Source of the DNA: Pseudomonadota bacterium
Lineage (GTDB): Bacteria; Pseudomonadota; Gammaproteobacteria; Burkholderiales; SG8-39
Assembly (NCBI GenBank): GCA_026399375.1
Contig: JAPLRD010000317.1
Coordinates: forward strand, 1 to 31,992
Reading direction: 5' to 3'
DNA length: 31,992 bases
Shown: positions 10,642-20,239 of the stretch, piece by piece
Layout of the letters: each line of letters begins with the position of its first letter
How positions within the stretch are numbered: the first letter of the stretch is position 1
Notes under the pieces: model-generated
Told to the model about the DNA's origin: nothing
Database searches by the model: none
Seen by the model: the letters and a program-made list of their open reading frames with translations, nothing else
Translations under genes and position numbers: made by a program

Positions 10642-11685
10642 CTAGCCCGGGCTCTTGGCGCCAAGCTTTTGCGTCAACTGCGCGAGTTTGTCGAGCTTCG
10701 CACGCGCAGCGCCGCTTGCGATCACTTCGAACGCCCGTTCCACCCCCTCTTCCATGCTCGCTGCCTGGTCGGCGACGTAGATGGCTGCTCCGGCATTGAG
10801 CGCGACGATGTCGCGCGCCGCGCCTGGCTTGTTGTCCAGCACGTCGATCACCGTGGCACGCGACGCTTCCACGGTTTCGACGCAGAGCGCGCGCGGGTCG
10901 TGCAGCGGCAGGCCGAAGCGTTCCGGATGCACGGTATATTCCTCTATCCTGCCGTCCTTCAGCTCGCCTATCATGGTCTTGCCGCTGATCGAAATCTCGT
11001 CCAGCCCTTCGAGCCCGTACACGGTCATGGCGTGGCGCGCGCCCAGGCGCTGCAGCACGCGGATCTGTATGCCCACCAGATCGGGGTGGAACACGCCCAT
11101 CAGCTGGGTCGGCGCACCGGCCGGGTTGGTGAGCGGGCCCAGAATGTTGAATATCGTGCGCACGCCCAGCTCGCGCCGCACCGGCCCTGCGTGTTTCATC
11201 GCCGAGTGGTGATTGGGCGCGAACATGAAGCCGACCCCGACCTCGTCTATGCACTGCGCCACCTGCTCCGGCTTGAGGTTGATGTTGACCCCCAGCGCCT
11301 CGAGCGCGTCGGCGCTGCCCGACTGCGATGACACGGCGCGCCCGCCGTGCTTGGCCACGCGGGCGCCTGCGGCGGCGGCGACGAAAATCGCCGCGGTGGA
11401 GATGTTGAACGTGCGCGCGCCGTCGCCGCCGGTGCCGACGACGTCGACGAGGTTGTGCGCATCCTTCACCTCGACCCGGGTCGCCAGCTCGCGCATCACC
11501 TGCGCCGCGGCGGTGATTTCGCCTATGGTCTCCTTTTTCACGCGCAGCGCGATGGTGATCGCCGCGATCATCACCGGCGATATCTGCCCGCTCATGATCT
11601 GGCGCATCAGGTCGAGCATCTCATCGTGGAAAATCTCGCGGTGCTCGATCACGCGTTGCAGCGCTTCCTGCGGGGTCATGGACAT
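10642..11685 (-). CDS. trpD: anthranilate phosphoribosyltransferase
   Basis: 347 aa with [10 protein letters not shown] and KHGGRAVSS motifs. The ATG overlaps the trpG stop (TAATG). Confidence 0.93.
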   Translation of the reverse strand: MSMTPQEALQRVIEHREIFHDEMLDLMRQIMSGQISPVMIAAITIALRVKKETIGEITAAAQVMRELATRVEVKDAHNLVDVVGTGGDGARTFNISTAAIFVAAAAGARVAKHGGRAVSSQSGSADALEALGVNINLKPEQVAQCIDEVGVGFMFAPNHHSAMKHAGPVRRELGVRTIFNILGPLTNPAGAPTQLMGVFHPDLVGIQIRVLQRLGARHAMTVYGLEGLDEISISGKTMIGELKDGRIEEYTVHPERFGLPLHDPRALCVETVEASRATVIDVLDNKPGAARDIVALNAGAAIYVADQAASMEEGVERAFEVIASGAARAKLDKLAQLTQKLGAKSPG

Positions 11686-12257
11686 TATGTTCGTTCCTGT
11701 TTCAAGAAATTTTTCAGCAGCGCGTGGCCGTGTTCGCTCAATATCGACTCCGGATGAAACTGCACGCCTTCGACCTCGAACTGCCTGTGCCTCACACCCA
11801 TGATCTCGCCATCCTCGCTCTCGGCGGTGATTTCCAGGCAGGCTGGCAGGCTCGCGCGCTCGATCGCCAGCGAGTGATAGCGGGTGGCGAGAAACGGCGA
11901 AGGCAGACCGGCAAACACGCCCTTGCCCGCGTGGCTGACGCTGGAGGTCTTGCCGTGCATCACGCGGCCCGCGTGCACAATGCGCCCGCCGAAGGCCTGG
12001 CCTATGGCCTGGTGCCCGAGGCAGACTCCGAGTATGGGCAGTTTTCCCGCGAACTGGCGTATCAGCGGCACCGAAACGCCTGCCTCAGCGGGCGTGCACG
12101 GACCCGGTGAAATGACGATGCGCGCCGGCGCGAGCGCGGCGATTCCGGCAAGGTCGATGCCGTCGTTGCGCACCACCTGCACATCTTCCCCCAGCTCGCC
12201 GAAATACTGCACCAGGTTGTAGGTGAAGGAATCGTAATTGTCGATCATCAGCAGCAC
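11685..12257 (-). CDS. trpG: anthranilate synthase component II (glutamine amidotransferase)
   Basis: (M)[18 protein letters not shown] and the GVCLGHQ catalytic Cys. GTG 12257 (AAGGA 10 nt upstream) is preferred over ATG 12248. The upstream 85 codons of the track ORF have no family signal. Confidence 0.88.
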   Translation of the reverse strand: MLLMIDNYDSFTYNLVQYFGELGEDVQVVRNDGIDLAGIAALAPARIVISPGPCTPAEAGVSVPLIRQFAGKLPILGVCLGHQAIGQAFGGRIVHAGRVMHGKTSSVSHAGKGVFAGLPSPFLATRYHSLAIERASLPACLEITAESEDGEIMGVRHRQFEVEGVQFHPESILSEHGHALLKNFLKQERT

Positions 12258-12508
12258 TTCGCGGCCATCCTTTTTTCCTGACAGGCAATGGCCTGCATAG
12301 CCGGCGAATGATAGCCACAGCCGCGATTGATCACAAGCGGCATATCCCACTGCTACACTACTATTTAGCTGCGCCTGTTGCGCCTCCCCTGAGAGTAAGA
12401 AGGCATCGGCGCGCGTACAGTTGAAACTTTTGATGGTCACGAACGAGGTATTTGGTGCAAAATCCAGCGCGGCGATAGCACTGCGCAGGCCCGTCAAACG
12501 GAGCAAGC

Positions 12509-12934
12509 ATGAGCACACACGAACGATTCCAGCCGCTGCATACGGTAAAAACGTCCTCCGATCGCGCCTTCGGGTTGGTGTTCGCGGGCGTGTTTTCGAT
12601 CGCCGGCGCGATCTCGATGCTCGGCGAACGCGGCCGGGCGACGCTCTGGTTTCTTCTCGCCGGCGCGCTGTTCCTGCTCGCGGCGCTGCTCGCGCCGGCG
12701 GTCCTCGCTCCCTTGAACAGGATCTGGACGCGCTTCGGATTGCTGCTGCATGCGATCGTCAGCCCCATTGTCCTGGGCTCGATCTTCTTCCTGGTGGTCA
12801 TGCCCATCGGCCTGACGATGCGCCTGTTCGGAAAGAATCCGCTGCCCCTGCGCTTCGATCACGGGGCGAAAAGTTACTGGATCAAGCGCGAACCGCACGG
12901 GCCGGACAGCGGCGGCTTTCGCGATCAATTTTGA
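12509..12934 (+). CDS. SxtJ-like small membrane protein
   Basis: 141 aa with three predicted TM helices. It sits just upstream of a DUF5989-type mini-gene and a carbamoyltransferase, as in the sxtJ-sxtK-sxtI arrangement. Family assignment is from memory. Confidence 0.6.
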   Translation: MSTHERFQPLHTVKTSSDRAFGLVFAGVFSIAGAISMLGERGRATLWFLLAGALFLLAALLAPAVLAPLNRIWTRFGLLLHAIVSPIVLGSIFFLVVMPIGLTMRLFGKNPLPLRFDHGAKSYWIKREPHGPDSGGFRDQF

Positions 12935-12944
12935 CGAGGGTTTG

Positions 12945-13094
12945 ATGTCTACGCTACGCGAGTTGTGGAAATTCATGCGCGCGCGCAAGAAGTACTGGCT
13001 GATGCCGATCGTCCTCATCCTGCTGCTGATCGGCGGTTTGCTGGTGCTGGCGCAGGGCTCGGCCGTCGCACCCTTCATCTATACCCTGTTCTAG
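12945..13094 (+). CDS. DUF5989/SxtK-like 49-aa membrane protein (below the ORF-track cutoff)
   Basis: My own translation gives MSTLRELWKFMRARKKYWLMPIVLILLLIGGLLVLAQGSAVAPFIYTLF. GAGGG lies 5 nt upstream of the ATG. There is a single TM helix, and the C-terminal APFIYTLF motif is recalled from this family. Confidence 0.65.
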   Translation: MSTLRELWKFMRARKKYWLMPIVLILLLIGGLLVLAQGSAVAPFIYTLF

Positions 13095-13118
13095 CCCGCA
13101 GCCGGGCGTCAGATTCGC

Positions 13119-14957
13119 ATGCGGATCATCGGCATCTCCGCCTATTACCACGACAGCGCGGCCGCGCTCGTGTGCGACGGCGAGGTGCTGGCGGCCGCAC
13201 AGGAAGAGCGCTTCAGCCGGAAAAAGCACGACGCCGGTTTCCCGCGCGACGCGCTCGCCTACTGCCTGCAGGAGGGCGGATGCGCGCTGGAGGACATCGA
13301 CCACGTCGTCTTCTACGACAAGCCCTTCCTCAAGTTCGAGCGGCTGCTCGAAACCTACCTCGCATTCGCGCCCAGCGGGTTCCAGTCATTTCGCATGGCG
13401 ATGCCGATCTGGCTGCGGGAAAAGCTGTTCCTCAAGGACCTGCTGCGCGGCGAACTGAAACGCTTTTCCAAGAATTACCCGTCGGAGGAGCGGCTGCTCT
13501 TCTCCGACCACCATCTGAGCCACGCGGCGAGCGCCTTCTTCCCCTCGCCCTTCGACGAGGCGGCGGTGCTGACGGCGGACGGCGTGGGCGAATGGGCGAC
13601 GACCTCGGCCGCGCTCGGCCGCGGCAACCGCCTGGACGTGCTCAAGGAAATCCACTTTCCGCATTCGCTCGGCCTGCTGTATTCGGCCTTCACCTACTAC
13701 ACCGGCTTCAAGGTCAATTCCGGCGAATACAAGGTGATGGGCCTCGCGCCCTACGGCGAGCCGAAGTTCGCCGATCTCATCTACAAGCACCTGATCGATA
13801 TCAAGGAGGACGGATCGTTCAGGCTGGACCTGTCGTATTTCGACTATTGCACCGGCCTCACCATGACCAACGCCAGGTTTCATGCGCTGTTCGGCGGGCC
13901 GCCGCGAACACCCGAAGACCCGCTGACGCAGCGGGAAATGGACCTCGCGGCGTCGGTCCAGAGCGTGACCGAACAGGTCATGCTCAAGCTCGCGCGGTCG
14001 GTCGTGGCGGAAACCGGCGTGCGCAATCTCTGCCTGGCCGGCGGCGTCGCGCTCAATTGCGTCGCCAACGGCAAGATCCTGCGCCAGGGCATCGCCGACC
14101 GGATCTGGGTCCAGCCGGCGGCGGGCGACGCCGGGGGCGCCGTCGGCGCCGCGCTGGGCGCGTATCACCTGTTTCTTGACGCGCCGCGCACGCTGCGCCC
14201 GGACGGCGCCGACGGCATGAAGGGTTCCTACCTCGGCCCGCGCTTCGGGCAACAGGACGTGGAACGGCGGCTGCAGGCCGCGGGCGCCAGGTTCGAAGTG
14301 CTGAGCGACGGCGAGCTGCTGGACCGCTGCGTCGCCGACCTGGCCGAAGGCAAAGCGCTGGGCTGGTTCCAGGGCCGGATGGAATTCGGGCCGCGCGCAC
14401 TCGGGGGACGCTCGGTCCTGGGCGACGCGCGTTCGCCGAAAATGCAGTCGGTGCTGAACCTGAAGGTGAAGTACCGCGAGTCGTTCCGGCCGTTCGCGCC
14501 CTCGGTGCTGCGCGAGGACGTGGCCGACTGGTTCGAACTGGACCAGGACAGCCCCTACATGCTGCTGGTCGCCGACGTCGTGCAGCACCGCCGCCGCGCG
14601 ATGACGGACGCGGAGAACGCGCTGTTCGGGATCGAAAAACTCAATGTCCCGCGTTCCGAAATCCCTGCGGTGACCCACGTCGACGGCTCGGCGCGGGTGC
14701 AGACGGTGCACGCCGACACCAACCCGCGCTACCACGCGCTGCTTACCCGCTTCAAGCAGAAGACCGGCTGCCCGGTGCTGGTGAACACCAGCTTCAACGT
14801 GCGCGGCGAACCCATCGTGGGAACGCCGGAGGACGCATTCCGCTGCTTCATGGGCACCGAAATCGAAACGCTCGCGGTGGAGAACTGTTTCCTCAGAAAG
14901 GAAGCACAGGACCCGGGGCTGAAACAAGACTATGCCGGCCGCTTCGAAGCAGACTGA
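13119..14957 (+). CDS. carbamoyltransferase (NodU/CmcH family)
   Basis: 612 aa. The N-terminus MRIIGISAYYHDSAAALV...AAQEERFSRKKHD and the C-terminal VNTSFNVRGEPIV motif are typical of this family. Confidence 0.9.
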   Translation: MRIIGISAYYHDSAAALVCDGEVLAAAQEERFSRKKHDAGFPRDALAYCLQEGGCALEDIDHVVFYDKPFLKFERLLETYLAFAPSGFQSFRMAMPIWLREKLFLKDLLRGELKRFSKNYPSEERLLFSDHHLSHAASAFFPSPFDEAAVLTADGVGEWATTSAALGRGNRLDVLKEIHFPHSLGLLYSAFTYYTGFKVNSGEYKVMGLAPYGEPKFADLIYKHLIDIKEDGSFRLDLSYFDYCTGLTMTNARFHALFGGPPRTPEDPLTQREMDLAASVQSVTEQVMLKLARSVVAETGVRNLCLAGGVALNCVANGKILRQGIADRIWVQPAAGDAGGAVGAALGAYHLFLDAPRTLRPDGADGMKGSYLGPRFGQQDVERRLQAAGARFEVLSDGELLDRCVADLAEGKALGWFQGRMEFGPRALGGRSVLGDARSPKMQSVLNLKVKYRESFRPFAPSVLREDVADWFELDQDSPYMLLVADVVQHRRRAMTDAENALFGIEKLNVPRSEIPAVTHVDGSARVQTVHADTNPRYHALLTRFKQKTGCPVLVNTSFNVRGEPIVGTPEDAFRCFMGTEIETLAVENCFLRKEAQDPGLKQDYAGRFEAD

Positions 14958-14988
14958 CTACATCTTGCGGATTGACCATGCCAGAAAT

Positions 14989-15095
14989 TGTCATTCCGAG
15001 CAGAGCGAGGAATCTGCTTTTGCATCGGGAAGAAAGCAGATTCCTCAGCCTTCGCCCCGAAAGAAGTCCCCTTGGGGGACGGCTTCGGCATGACA
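14989..15095. repeat. nested-palindrome repeat element, copy B (with an extra internal hairpin)
   Basis: TGTCATTCCGAGCAGAGCGAGGAATCTGCTTTT...AAAGCAGATTCCTC...GTCCCCTTGGGGGAC...CGGCATGACA. It overlaps the first ATG of the downstream SGNH gene. Confidence 0.85.
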
Positions 15096-16385
15096 AACAA
15101 TTCTGAAATGGACTCCAAGCTCAGCGAGCGCTCGATTGCGCGGGCGCTGACGCTGCTGGCGGCGCTGCTCCTCGCCGTGCTCGGCCTCGCGCCGAAGGCA
15201 TGGGAGCACGAATGGGCCTGGGTGGCGCGGTTTGCGCTATTTGGCGCGCTGGGATTGTGGATGGCGAATTCGCGCTTCGAGATCCTGCGCCAGTTGGGCG
15301 TGACGCTCGTGTTGCTGTTCATCGCCAACCAGGCGCTGTCGCCGTTGCTGATGGCGCACCTGCAGGACAAGGAGTTCGTCACGCTGGGCGCGAACATCGA
15401 CCGGCACATCCGGCTGCTGGGCGACGTCATGCCGGGAATCGAAGGCGTGCAGCATGTCACCACCGACGCCAAGGGCTTCCGCACCACGCTGCCGGTCGAC
15501 TACCGGCAGAAGCCGGCCGGCACGCTGCGCGTGTTCGCCGTCGGCGGCAGCACCACGGAGCAGATTTATCTCGACGATCGCAAGACCTGGACGCACCTGC
15601 TGCAGGAAGAGATGGCCGCCGCCGGCAAGACGCGGGTCGAGGTGGTGAATACCGGGGTCAGCGGACTGCGCACCCCGCACCACCTTGCGACCCTGAATCA
15701 CATCGCGCCCTACCAGCCCGACCTGGTCGTGATCCTGATGGGCGTGAACGACTGGATCCATCAGATCCTCGAAGCCACCGACGAAAGCCGGCGCGGCCCC
15801 GGCCGCTGGTGGCGGAACATGAGTTACCCGAACACTGCATTGGTGTTTCTTTCGCGCCAGGTGCGCTCGGCGATGCGCCGCGCCGACTCGCAGGCGGCAA
15901 GCGGCCCGGCGAAAGCCAAGGTGGAGGACTTCGACGGTTCCTACTATTCGAAGCAGAACGACAGCCTCAGCCGGCCGCAGCGGACATTTCCCGGAGAAAT
16001 ACGCGTGAGCCCGGATTACGTCGCAGCGACGCAGCAGCTCATCGCCGCCTGCAAGACGCTCAAAATGCGCTGTGTTTTCGTGACGCAGCCGACGGCCTAC
16101 GACCCCGGGATAGACCCGGCATTGAAGCGGCGGCTGTGGATGACGCCGCCGGGCGTGAATTACACCCTGCCGCTGGCCGAAATGGCGCAGTTCGCGCGCG
16201 CCTACAACCGCAGCCTGGTCGATACCGTCCGCTCGCACGGCGGGGAAGTCTGCGACGTCGTACCGGCGCTGCCGCCCACGACCGGTTACTTCTACGACGA
16301 CTGCCACTTCAACGAGAACGGCGCGCGCGTGATGGCCAGGGCCGTTCAAGCCTGCATCGCCGCCGCACCCAAGGCCGCAAATTAA
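15090..16385 (+). CDS. membrane-anchored SGNH/GDSL family hydrolase
   Basis: N-terminal TM helices are followed by block I FAVGGSTTE and block V DDCHFNENG (DxxH). The start is uncertain, either ATG 15090 inside the repeat or ATG 15108. Confidence 0.75.
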   Translation: MTNNSEMDSKLSERSIARALTLLAALLLAVLGLAPKAWEHEWAWVARFALFGALGLWMANSRFEILRQLGVTLVLLFIANQALSPLLMAHLQDKEFVTLGANIDRHIRLLGDVMPGIEGVQHVTTDAKGFRTTLPVDYRQKPAGTLRVFAVGGSTTEQIYLDDRKTWTHLLQEEMAAAGKTRVEVVNTGVSGLRTPHHLATLNHIAPYQPDLVVILMGVNDWIHQILEATDESRRGPGRWWRNMSYPNTALVFLSRQVRSAMRRADSQAASGPAKAKVEDFDGSYYSKQNDSLSRPQRTFPGEIRVSPDYVAATQQLIAACKTLKMRCVFVTQPTAYDPGIDPALKRRLWMTPPGVNYTLPLAEMAQFARAYNRSLVDTVRSHGGEVCDVVPALPPTTGYFYDDCHFNENGARVMARAVQACIAAAPKAAN

Positions 16386-16423
16386 TACCTAAGAGCGTAT
16401 TTCAGAATTACAGCACCAAGCAT

Positions 16424-16503
16424 TGTCATTCCGAGCGCAGCGAGGAATCTGCTGTTGAATCAAACAAAAAGCAGATTCCTCGGCCTTTGGCCTCGGAATG
16501 ACA
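16424..16503. repeat. nested-palindrome repeat element, copy C (best preserved)
   Basis: Outer arms TGTCATTCCGAG/CTCGGAATGACA and inner arms GAGGAATCTGCT/AGCAGATTCCTC are both perfect 12-bp pairs. It sits between the convergent SGNH gene and trpE. Confidence 0.9.
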
Positions 16504-16533
16504 GCCAATTTCAAAATGGCCGCTAAGTTCTGG

Positions 16534-18012
16534 TCAATCCTCCGGCCTGCTGTCGAGGCCGGCGGCGGCCATCTCCGCCGCGCGCAGCACGGCGCGCGCC
16601 TTGTTCAGCGTTTCCTGCCACTCCGAGGACGGGTCGGAATCGGCGACGATGCCCGCGCCCGCCTGCATGTGCAGCACGCCATCCTTGATCAACGCCGTGC
16701 GCAGCGCAATCGCGAGGTCCATGTCGCCGTGAAAACCGAGATAGCCGACCGCTCCGGAATAGATGCCGCGCTTCACCGGCTCGAGCTCGTCGATGATTTC
16801 CATGGCGCGCACCTTGGGCGCGCCCGACACCGTGCCCGCCGGAAAGCTCGCGCGCAGCACCGCCATGGCGTCCAGCCCTTCGCGCAAGACTCCTTCTACG
16901 TTGGAGACGATGTGCATCACGTGCGAATAGCGCTCGATCACCATGTTTTCGGTCACGCGCACCGTGCCGGTGGCGGCGACGCGGCCGACGTCGTTGCGCC
17001 CCAGATCCATCAGCATCACGTGCTCGGCGCGCTCTTTCGGATCGGCCAGCAGTTCGGCCGCGAGCGCCTCGTCCTCGTCTGCCGACTCGCCGCGCGGACG
17101 CGTTCCTGCGATAGGCCGCAGCGTGACCTTGCCTCCCTCCAGCCGCACCAGGATCTCGGGCGAGGCCCCGACGACGTAGAAGTCCTCGAAGTTGAAGTAG
17201 AACATGTAGGGCGACGGATTGAGCGTGCGCAACGCCCGGTACAGGGCCAGCGGCTCGGCCGCAAACGGCAGTGACAGGCGCTGCGACAGCACCACCTGCA
17301 TGATGTCGCCGTCGTGGATGTATCCCTTGGCGCGCTCCACCGCCGCTTTGTAGCCGGCCTCGCCGAAAGCCGACCGCGGCGCTGCGGCCGGACGCGGCGT
17401 CTCCGCCGGAATATCGGCCGGCGAGCGCAGCGCCTCCAGCAACTCGCGCAGGCGCGCGCGCGCCTTCTGGTACGCGCCCGGCACCTCCGGCTCGGCGTAG
17501 ACCACCAGCGTCAGCTTGCCCGAAAGGTTGTCGACGATGGCGACTTCTTCCGACAGCAGCAGCAGGATGTCGGGCGTATCCAGCGCGTCCGGCGGCGTCG
17601 ACGCGGCGAGGCGCGGTTCGATGTAGCGCACAGTGTCGTAGCCGAAACATCCGACCAGGCCGCCGCAAAAGCGCGGCAGCCCGGACACCGCGGCCACTTT
17701 GAAGCGCTTCAGATAGGCGTTGATGAACTCCAGCGGGTCGCCCGAGTCCGAGCGTTCGGCGACGCGGTTTCCCGACAGCACCAGTACCGTCCGGCCGCTC
17801 ACGTTGATGCGCGTGTTTGATGCGAGGCCGATGAAGGAGTAGCGGCCGAAACGCTCGCCGCCCTGCACCGATTCGAGCAGGTACGAATACGGCTTGTTGG
17901 CCAGCTTCAGATAGATCGACAACGGCGTGTCGAGATCGGCGAAAGTCTCTAGCATCAGCGGGATGCGGTTGAAACCCTGCGCGGCGAGGCGCTTGAATTC
18001 TGCTTCAGTCAT
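16534..18012 (-). CDS. trpE: anthranilate synthase component I
   Basis: 492 aa from MTEAEFKRL (GGAG 6 nt upstream), with LESV...[10 protein letters not shown] and [13 protein letters not shown] chorismate-binding motifs. Confidence 0.93.
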   Translation of the reverse strand: MTEAEFKRLAAQGFNRIPLMLETFADLDTPLSIYLKLANKPYSYLLESVQGGERFGRYSFIGLASNTRINVSGRTVLVLSGNRVAERSDSGDPLEFINAYLKRFKVAAVSGLPRFCGGLVGCFGYDTVRYIEPRLAASTPPDALDTPDILLLLSEEVAIVDNLSGKLTLVVYAEPEVPGAYQKARARLRELLEALRSPADIPAETPRPAAAPRSAFGEAGYKAAVERAKGYIHDGDIMQVVLSQRLSLPFAAEPLALYRALRTLNPSPYMFYFNFEDFYVVGASPEILVRLEGGKVTLRPIAGTRPRGESADEDEALAAELLADPKERAEHVMLMDLGRNDVGRVAATGTVRVTENMVIERYSHVMHIVSNVEGVLREGLDAMAVLRASFPAGTVSGAPKVRAMEIIDELEPVKRGIYSGAVGYLGFHGDMDLAIALRTALIKDGVLHMQAGAGIVADSDPSSEWQETLNKARAVLRAAEMAAAGLDSRPED

Positions 18013-18164
18013 GACTGCTCCAAAATGATCCGGGAAAACAAATTGCAGCTGCGGGGCTGGCGCGATCACGCAGGCGGCCCATGCGCGAATCTAGGATCGC
18101 CAGCAGCGCCGGCGTTCCCGGGCGCAATGCGCCCATATCCCGGATTTTTCCAATTTCATCAGCG

Positions 18165-18851
18165 TCACGACGATTTTCTTTGCAATAGGTTTGCGGCTTC
18201 AGGCAGGGAATCCACTATAGCATCGCAGTCCAGATCGCGCACGTCCGCGCCCTCGTTGTAGCCATAGGAAACGCATGCCACCGGACACCCCGCGGCGCGC
18301 GCCGCCAGCGCGTCGTTGACCGAATCGCCGATCAACAGCACCTTGCTTGGCGCAAGCGCGAACTCGGCGCAAATGTGCGCGAGCTGCATCGGGTCGGGCT
18401 TCTTGCGCGCGAGCGTGTCCCCGCTCACCACCAGTTCGAACCAGGGCGCCAGGCCTTTTTGCTCGAGCAGCGGCAGGGTGAAGCGCGCCGCCTTGTTGGT
18501 GACGCAGGCGAGGCGCAGGTCCATGGCGCGCAACTGCGCCAGGCCTTCGAGCACGCCGGGATAAACGCTCGACCGCCGCCCCGACTCCTCGAAATAGAAG
18601 TCCTGGTAAAGGCTGAGCGCCTTTGCTTGCAGCCCTTGCGCGCGCCCGGCGCCCGCGCTCGCCTGCAGACAGCGCGCGACCAGGTTGGGAATGCCCTTGC
18701 CGACGAAACTGCGGATCTGCTCCTGCGTGCAGGCGGGCAAGGCCAGCGCGGCCAGCATGCGCTCGGCGGCGGCAGCGAGATCGGGGACGGTGTCGAGCAG
18801 CGTGCCGTCGAGGTCCAGCATCACGGCGGCGATGCCCCGCGCTAGCGGCAT
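18165..18851 (-). CDS. gph: phosphoglycolate phosphatase (HAD superfamily)
   Basis: DLDGTLLDT motif I and GDSVNDALAA motif. Conserved position between rpe and trpE. Confidence 0.85.
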   Translation of the reverse strand: MPLARGIAAVMLDLDGTLLDTVPDLAAAAERMLAALALPACTQEQIRSFVGKGIPNLVARCLQASAGAGRAQGLQAKALSLYQDFYFEESGRRSSVYPGVLEGLAQLRAMDLRLACVTNKAARFTLPLLEQKGLAPWFELVVSGDTLARKKPDPMQLAHICAEFALAPSKVLLIGDSVNDALAARAAGCPVACVSYGYNEGADVRDLDCDAIVDSLPEAANLLQRKSS

Positions 18852-18857
18852 CGCCTT

Positions 18858-19523
18858 CTACGCCGACTGGATCGCCGCGCGCATCGCGGCGATGGTCGCC
18901 TTGTAGTCTTTGGCGCCGAAGATGGCGGAGCCCGCGACGAAGGTGTCGGCGCCGGCGCGCGCGATCTCGGCGATGTTGTCCGCCTTCACGCCGCCGTCGA
19001 TTTCGAGCATGATCTCGCGCCCGCAAAGATCGATGCGGCGGCGCGCTTCCGCGAGTTTCGCCAGCGCCTGCGGAATGAACGCCTGTCCGCCGAAACCGGG
19101 ATTGACCGACATGATCAGCACCATGTCGAGCCGGTGCAGCACGTGATCGAGATAGGAGAGCGGCGTGCCCGGATTGAACACGAGGCCGGCTTTGCATCCA
19201 TGTTCTTGAATCAATCCCAAGGTGCGGTCGATGTGCTCGCTCGCCTCGGGATGGAAGCTGATGATGTTGGCACCGGCACGCGCGAAGTCGGGCACGATGC
19301 GGTCCACCGGCTTCACCATCAGGTGCACGTCGATCGCAGCCTTGGTCAGCGGCCGGATCGCCTCGCACACCATCGGCCCCATGGTCAGGTTGGGCACGTA
19401 GTGGTTGTCCATCACATCGAAATGGATCATGTCGGCACCGGCCGCGATCACGGCCTTCACTTCCTCGCCGAGGCGGGCGAAGTCGGCGGAAAGTATGCTC
19501 GGCGCGATGCGGTAAGTAGGCAT
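18858..19523 (-). CDS. rpe: ribulose-phosphate 3-epimerase
   Basis: [22 protein letters not shown]...[14 protein letters not shown]...[10 protein letters not shown] canonical motifs. The start was trimmed to 19523. Confidence 0.93.
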   Translation of the reverse strand: MPTYRIAPSILSADFARLGEEVKAVIAAGADMIHFDVMDNHYVPNLTMGPMVCEAIRPLTKAAIDVHLMVKPVDRIVPDFARAGANIISFHPEASEHIDRTLGLIQEHGCKAGLVFNPGTPLSYLDHVLHRLDMVLIMSVNPGFGGQAFIPQALAKLAEARRRIDLCGREIMLEIDGGVKADNIAEIARAGADTFVAGSAIFGAKDYKATIAAMRAAIQSA

Positions 19524-19639
19524 GAACTCGGTTTCCTGTCCGGCGTTGCGTGGGCGCATTTTACCCATTCGATTGCACTATGGCCAAAAACGTTTCGCCG
19601 CAGCGGCCGCGGGACGCCCGCGCGGTGTAAAATCCGCGA

Positions 19640-20023
19640 ATGGAATCAGCCAAGAAATACGAGGTCAGCGTCTCCACCGAGACCCGATACATCGCCGACC
19701 AGTCGGACGAGGCGAAGGATCGTTTCGTGTTTTCCTATACCGTCACCATCCGCAACAGCGGAACCATCCCGGCGCAATTGATCAGCCGCCACTGGATCAT
19801 CACCGATTCGCGCAACGAGGTGCAGGAAGTGCGCGGCCTGGGCGTGGTCGGGGCCCAACCCCTGCTGAAGCCGGGCGAGGACTTCGAGTACTCCAGCGGC
19901 ACCGCGCTGGCGACACCGGTAGGCACCATGCGCGGCAGCTATCAGATGGTGGCCGAGGACGGCACGCAGTTCGATGCCGCCATTCCGGAATTCACGCTGT
20001 CGGTGCCGCGGGTGCTGCATTAG
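19640..20023 (+). CDS. apaG: ApaG (DUF525) protein
   Basis: 127 aa with FVFSYTVTIRNSG...LISRHWIITD...VRGLGVVGAQP typical of ApaG. Confidence 0.9.
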   Translation: MESAKKYEVSVSTETRYIADQSDEAKDRFVFSYTVTIRNSGTIPAQLISRHWIITDSRNEVQEVRGLGVVGAQPLLKPGEDFEYSSGTALATPVGTMRGSYQMVAEDGTQFDAAIPEFTLSVPRVLH

Positions 20024-20032
20024 GTGCCAGTG

Positions 20033-20080
20033 GGAGCGAGCTTGCTCGCGAATTTAATCGTTCGCGAGCAAGCTCGCTCC
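20033..20080. repeat. REP-like perfect 20-bp inverted repeat (nested palindrome), probably a bidirectional terminator
   Basis: GGAGCGAGCTTGCTCGCGAA, an 8-nt loop, then TTCGCGAGCAAGCTCGCTCC. Each arm contains its own GCGAGC/GCTCGC palindrome. Confidence 0.85.
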
Positions 20081-20187
20081 TACTTGCGTTCGTTGTCGTC
20101 CTTCTTGTCCGAACGCGGCCAGGTCCACCAGACGATGAACAGCAGCAGCCCCAGGGCCACGCACGCTTCGAGCACAAAAATCCACAT
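20080..20187 (-). CDS. 35-aa single-TM mini-protein (below the ORF-track cutoff)
   Basis: My own translation gives MWIFVLEACVALGLLLFIVWWTWPRSDKKDDNERK. GGAG lies about 12 nt upstream. It has a hydrophobic helix plus a charged tail, and its stop abuts the REP hairpin. No homology check was possible. Confidence 0.4.
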   Translation of the reverse strand: MWIFVLEACVALGLLLFIVWWTWPRSDKKDDNERK

Positions 20188-20239
20188 GACGCGTTTTTTC
20201 TCCGCTCGCGGTTTCCCGCACTCCGGTCTCGCACACACG

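Noticed and set aside
9827-11254. The 475-aa ORF in the track, which suggests a large fused TrpC.
   Set aside because: Only the C-terminal 264 residues look like TrpC. The N-terminal part is Arg-rich out-of-frame read-through across trpD. A GTG at 10621, 20 nt after the trpD stop, gives a normal-length TrpC.
14988-15089. The N-terminal 34 codons of the 465-aa ORF (MSFRAERGICFCIGKK...).
   Set aside because: This stretch is the translation of repeat copy B. The same peptide-like strings arise from the other copies in non-coding positions.
18091-18159. A possible trp leader peptide upstream of trpE on the minus strand: MKLEKSGIWAHCARERRRCWRS, with two Trp codons.
   Set aside because: The Trp codons are not adjacent and there is no SD; the ATG lies only 5 nt after the gph stop codon. 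I could not fold convincing alternative terminator and antiterminator hairpins followed by a U-run. It would need covariation analysis or Rfam to revive.
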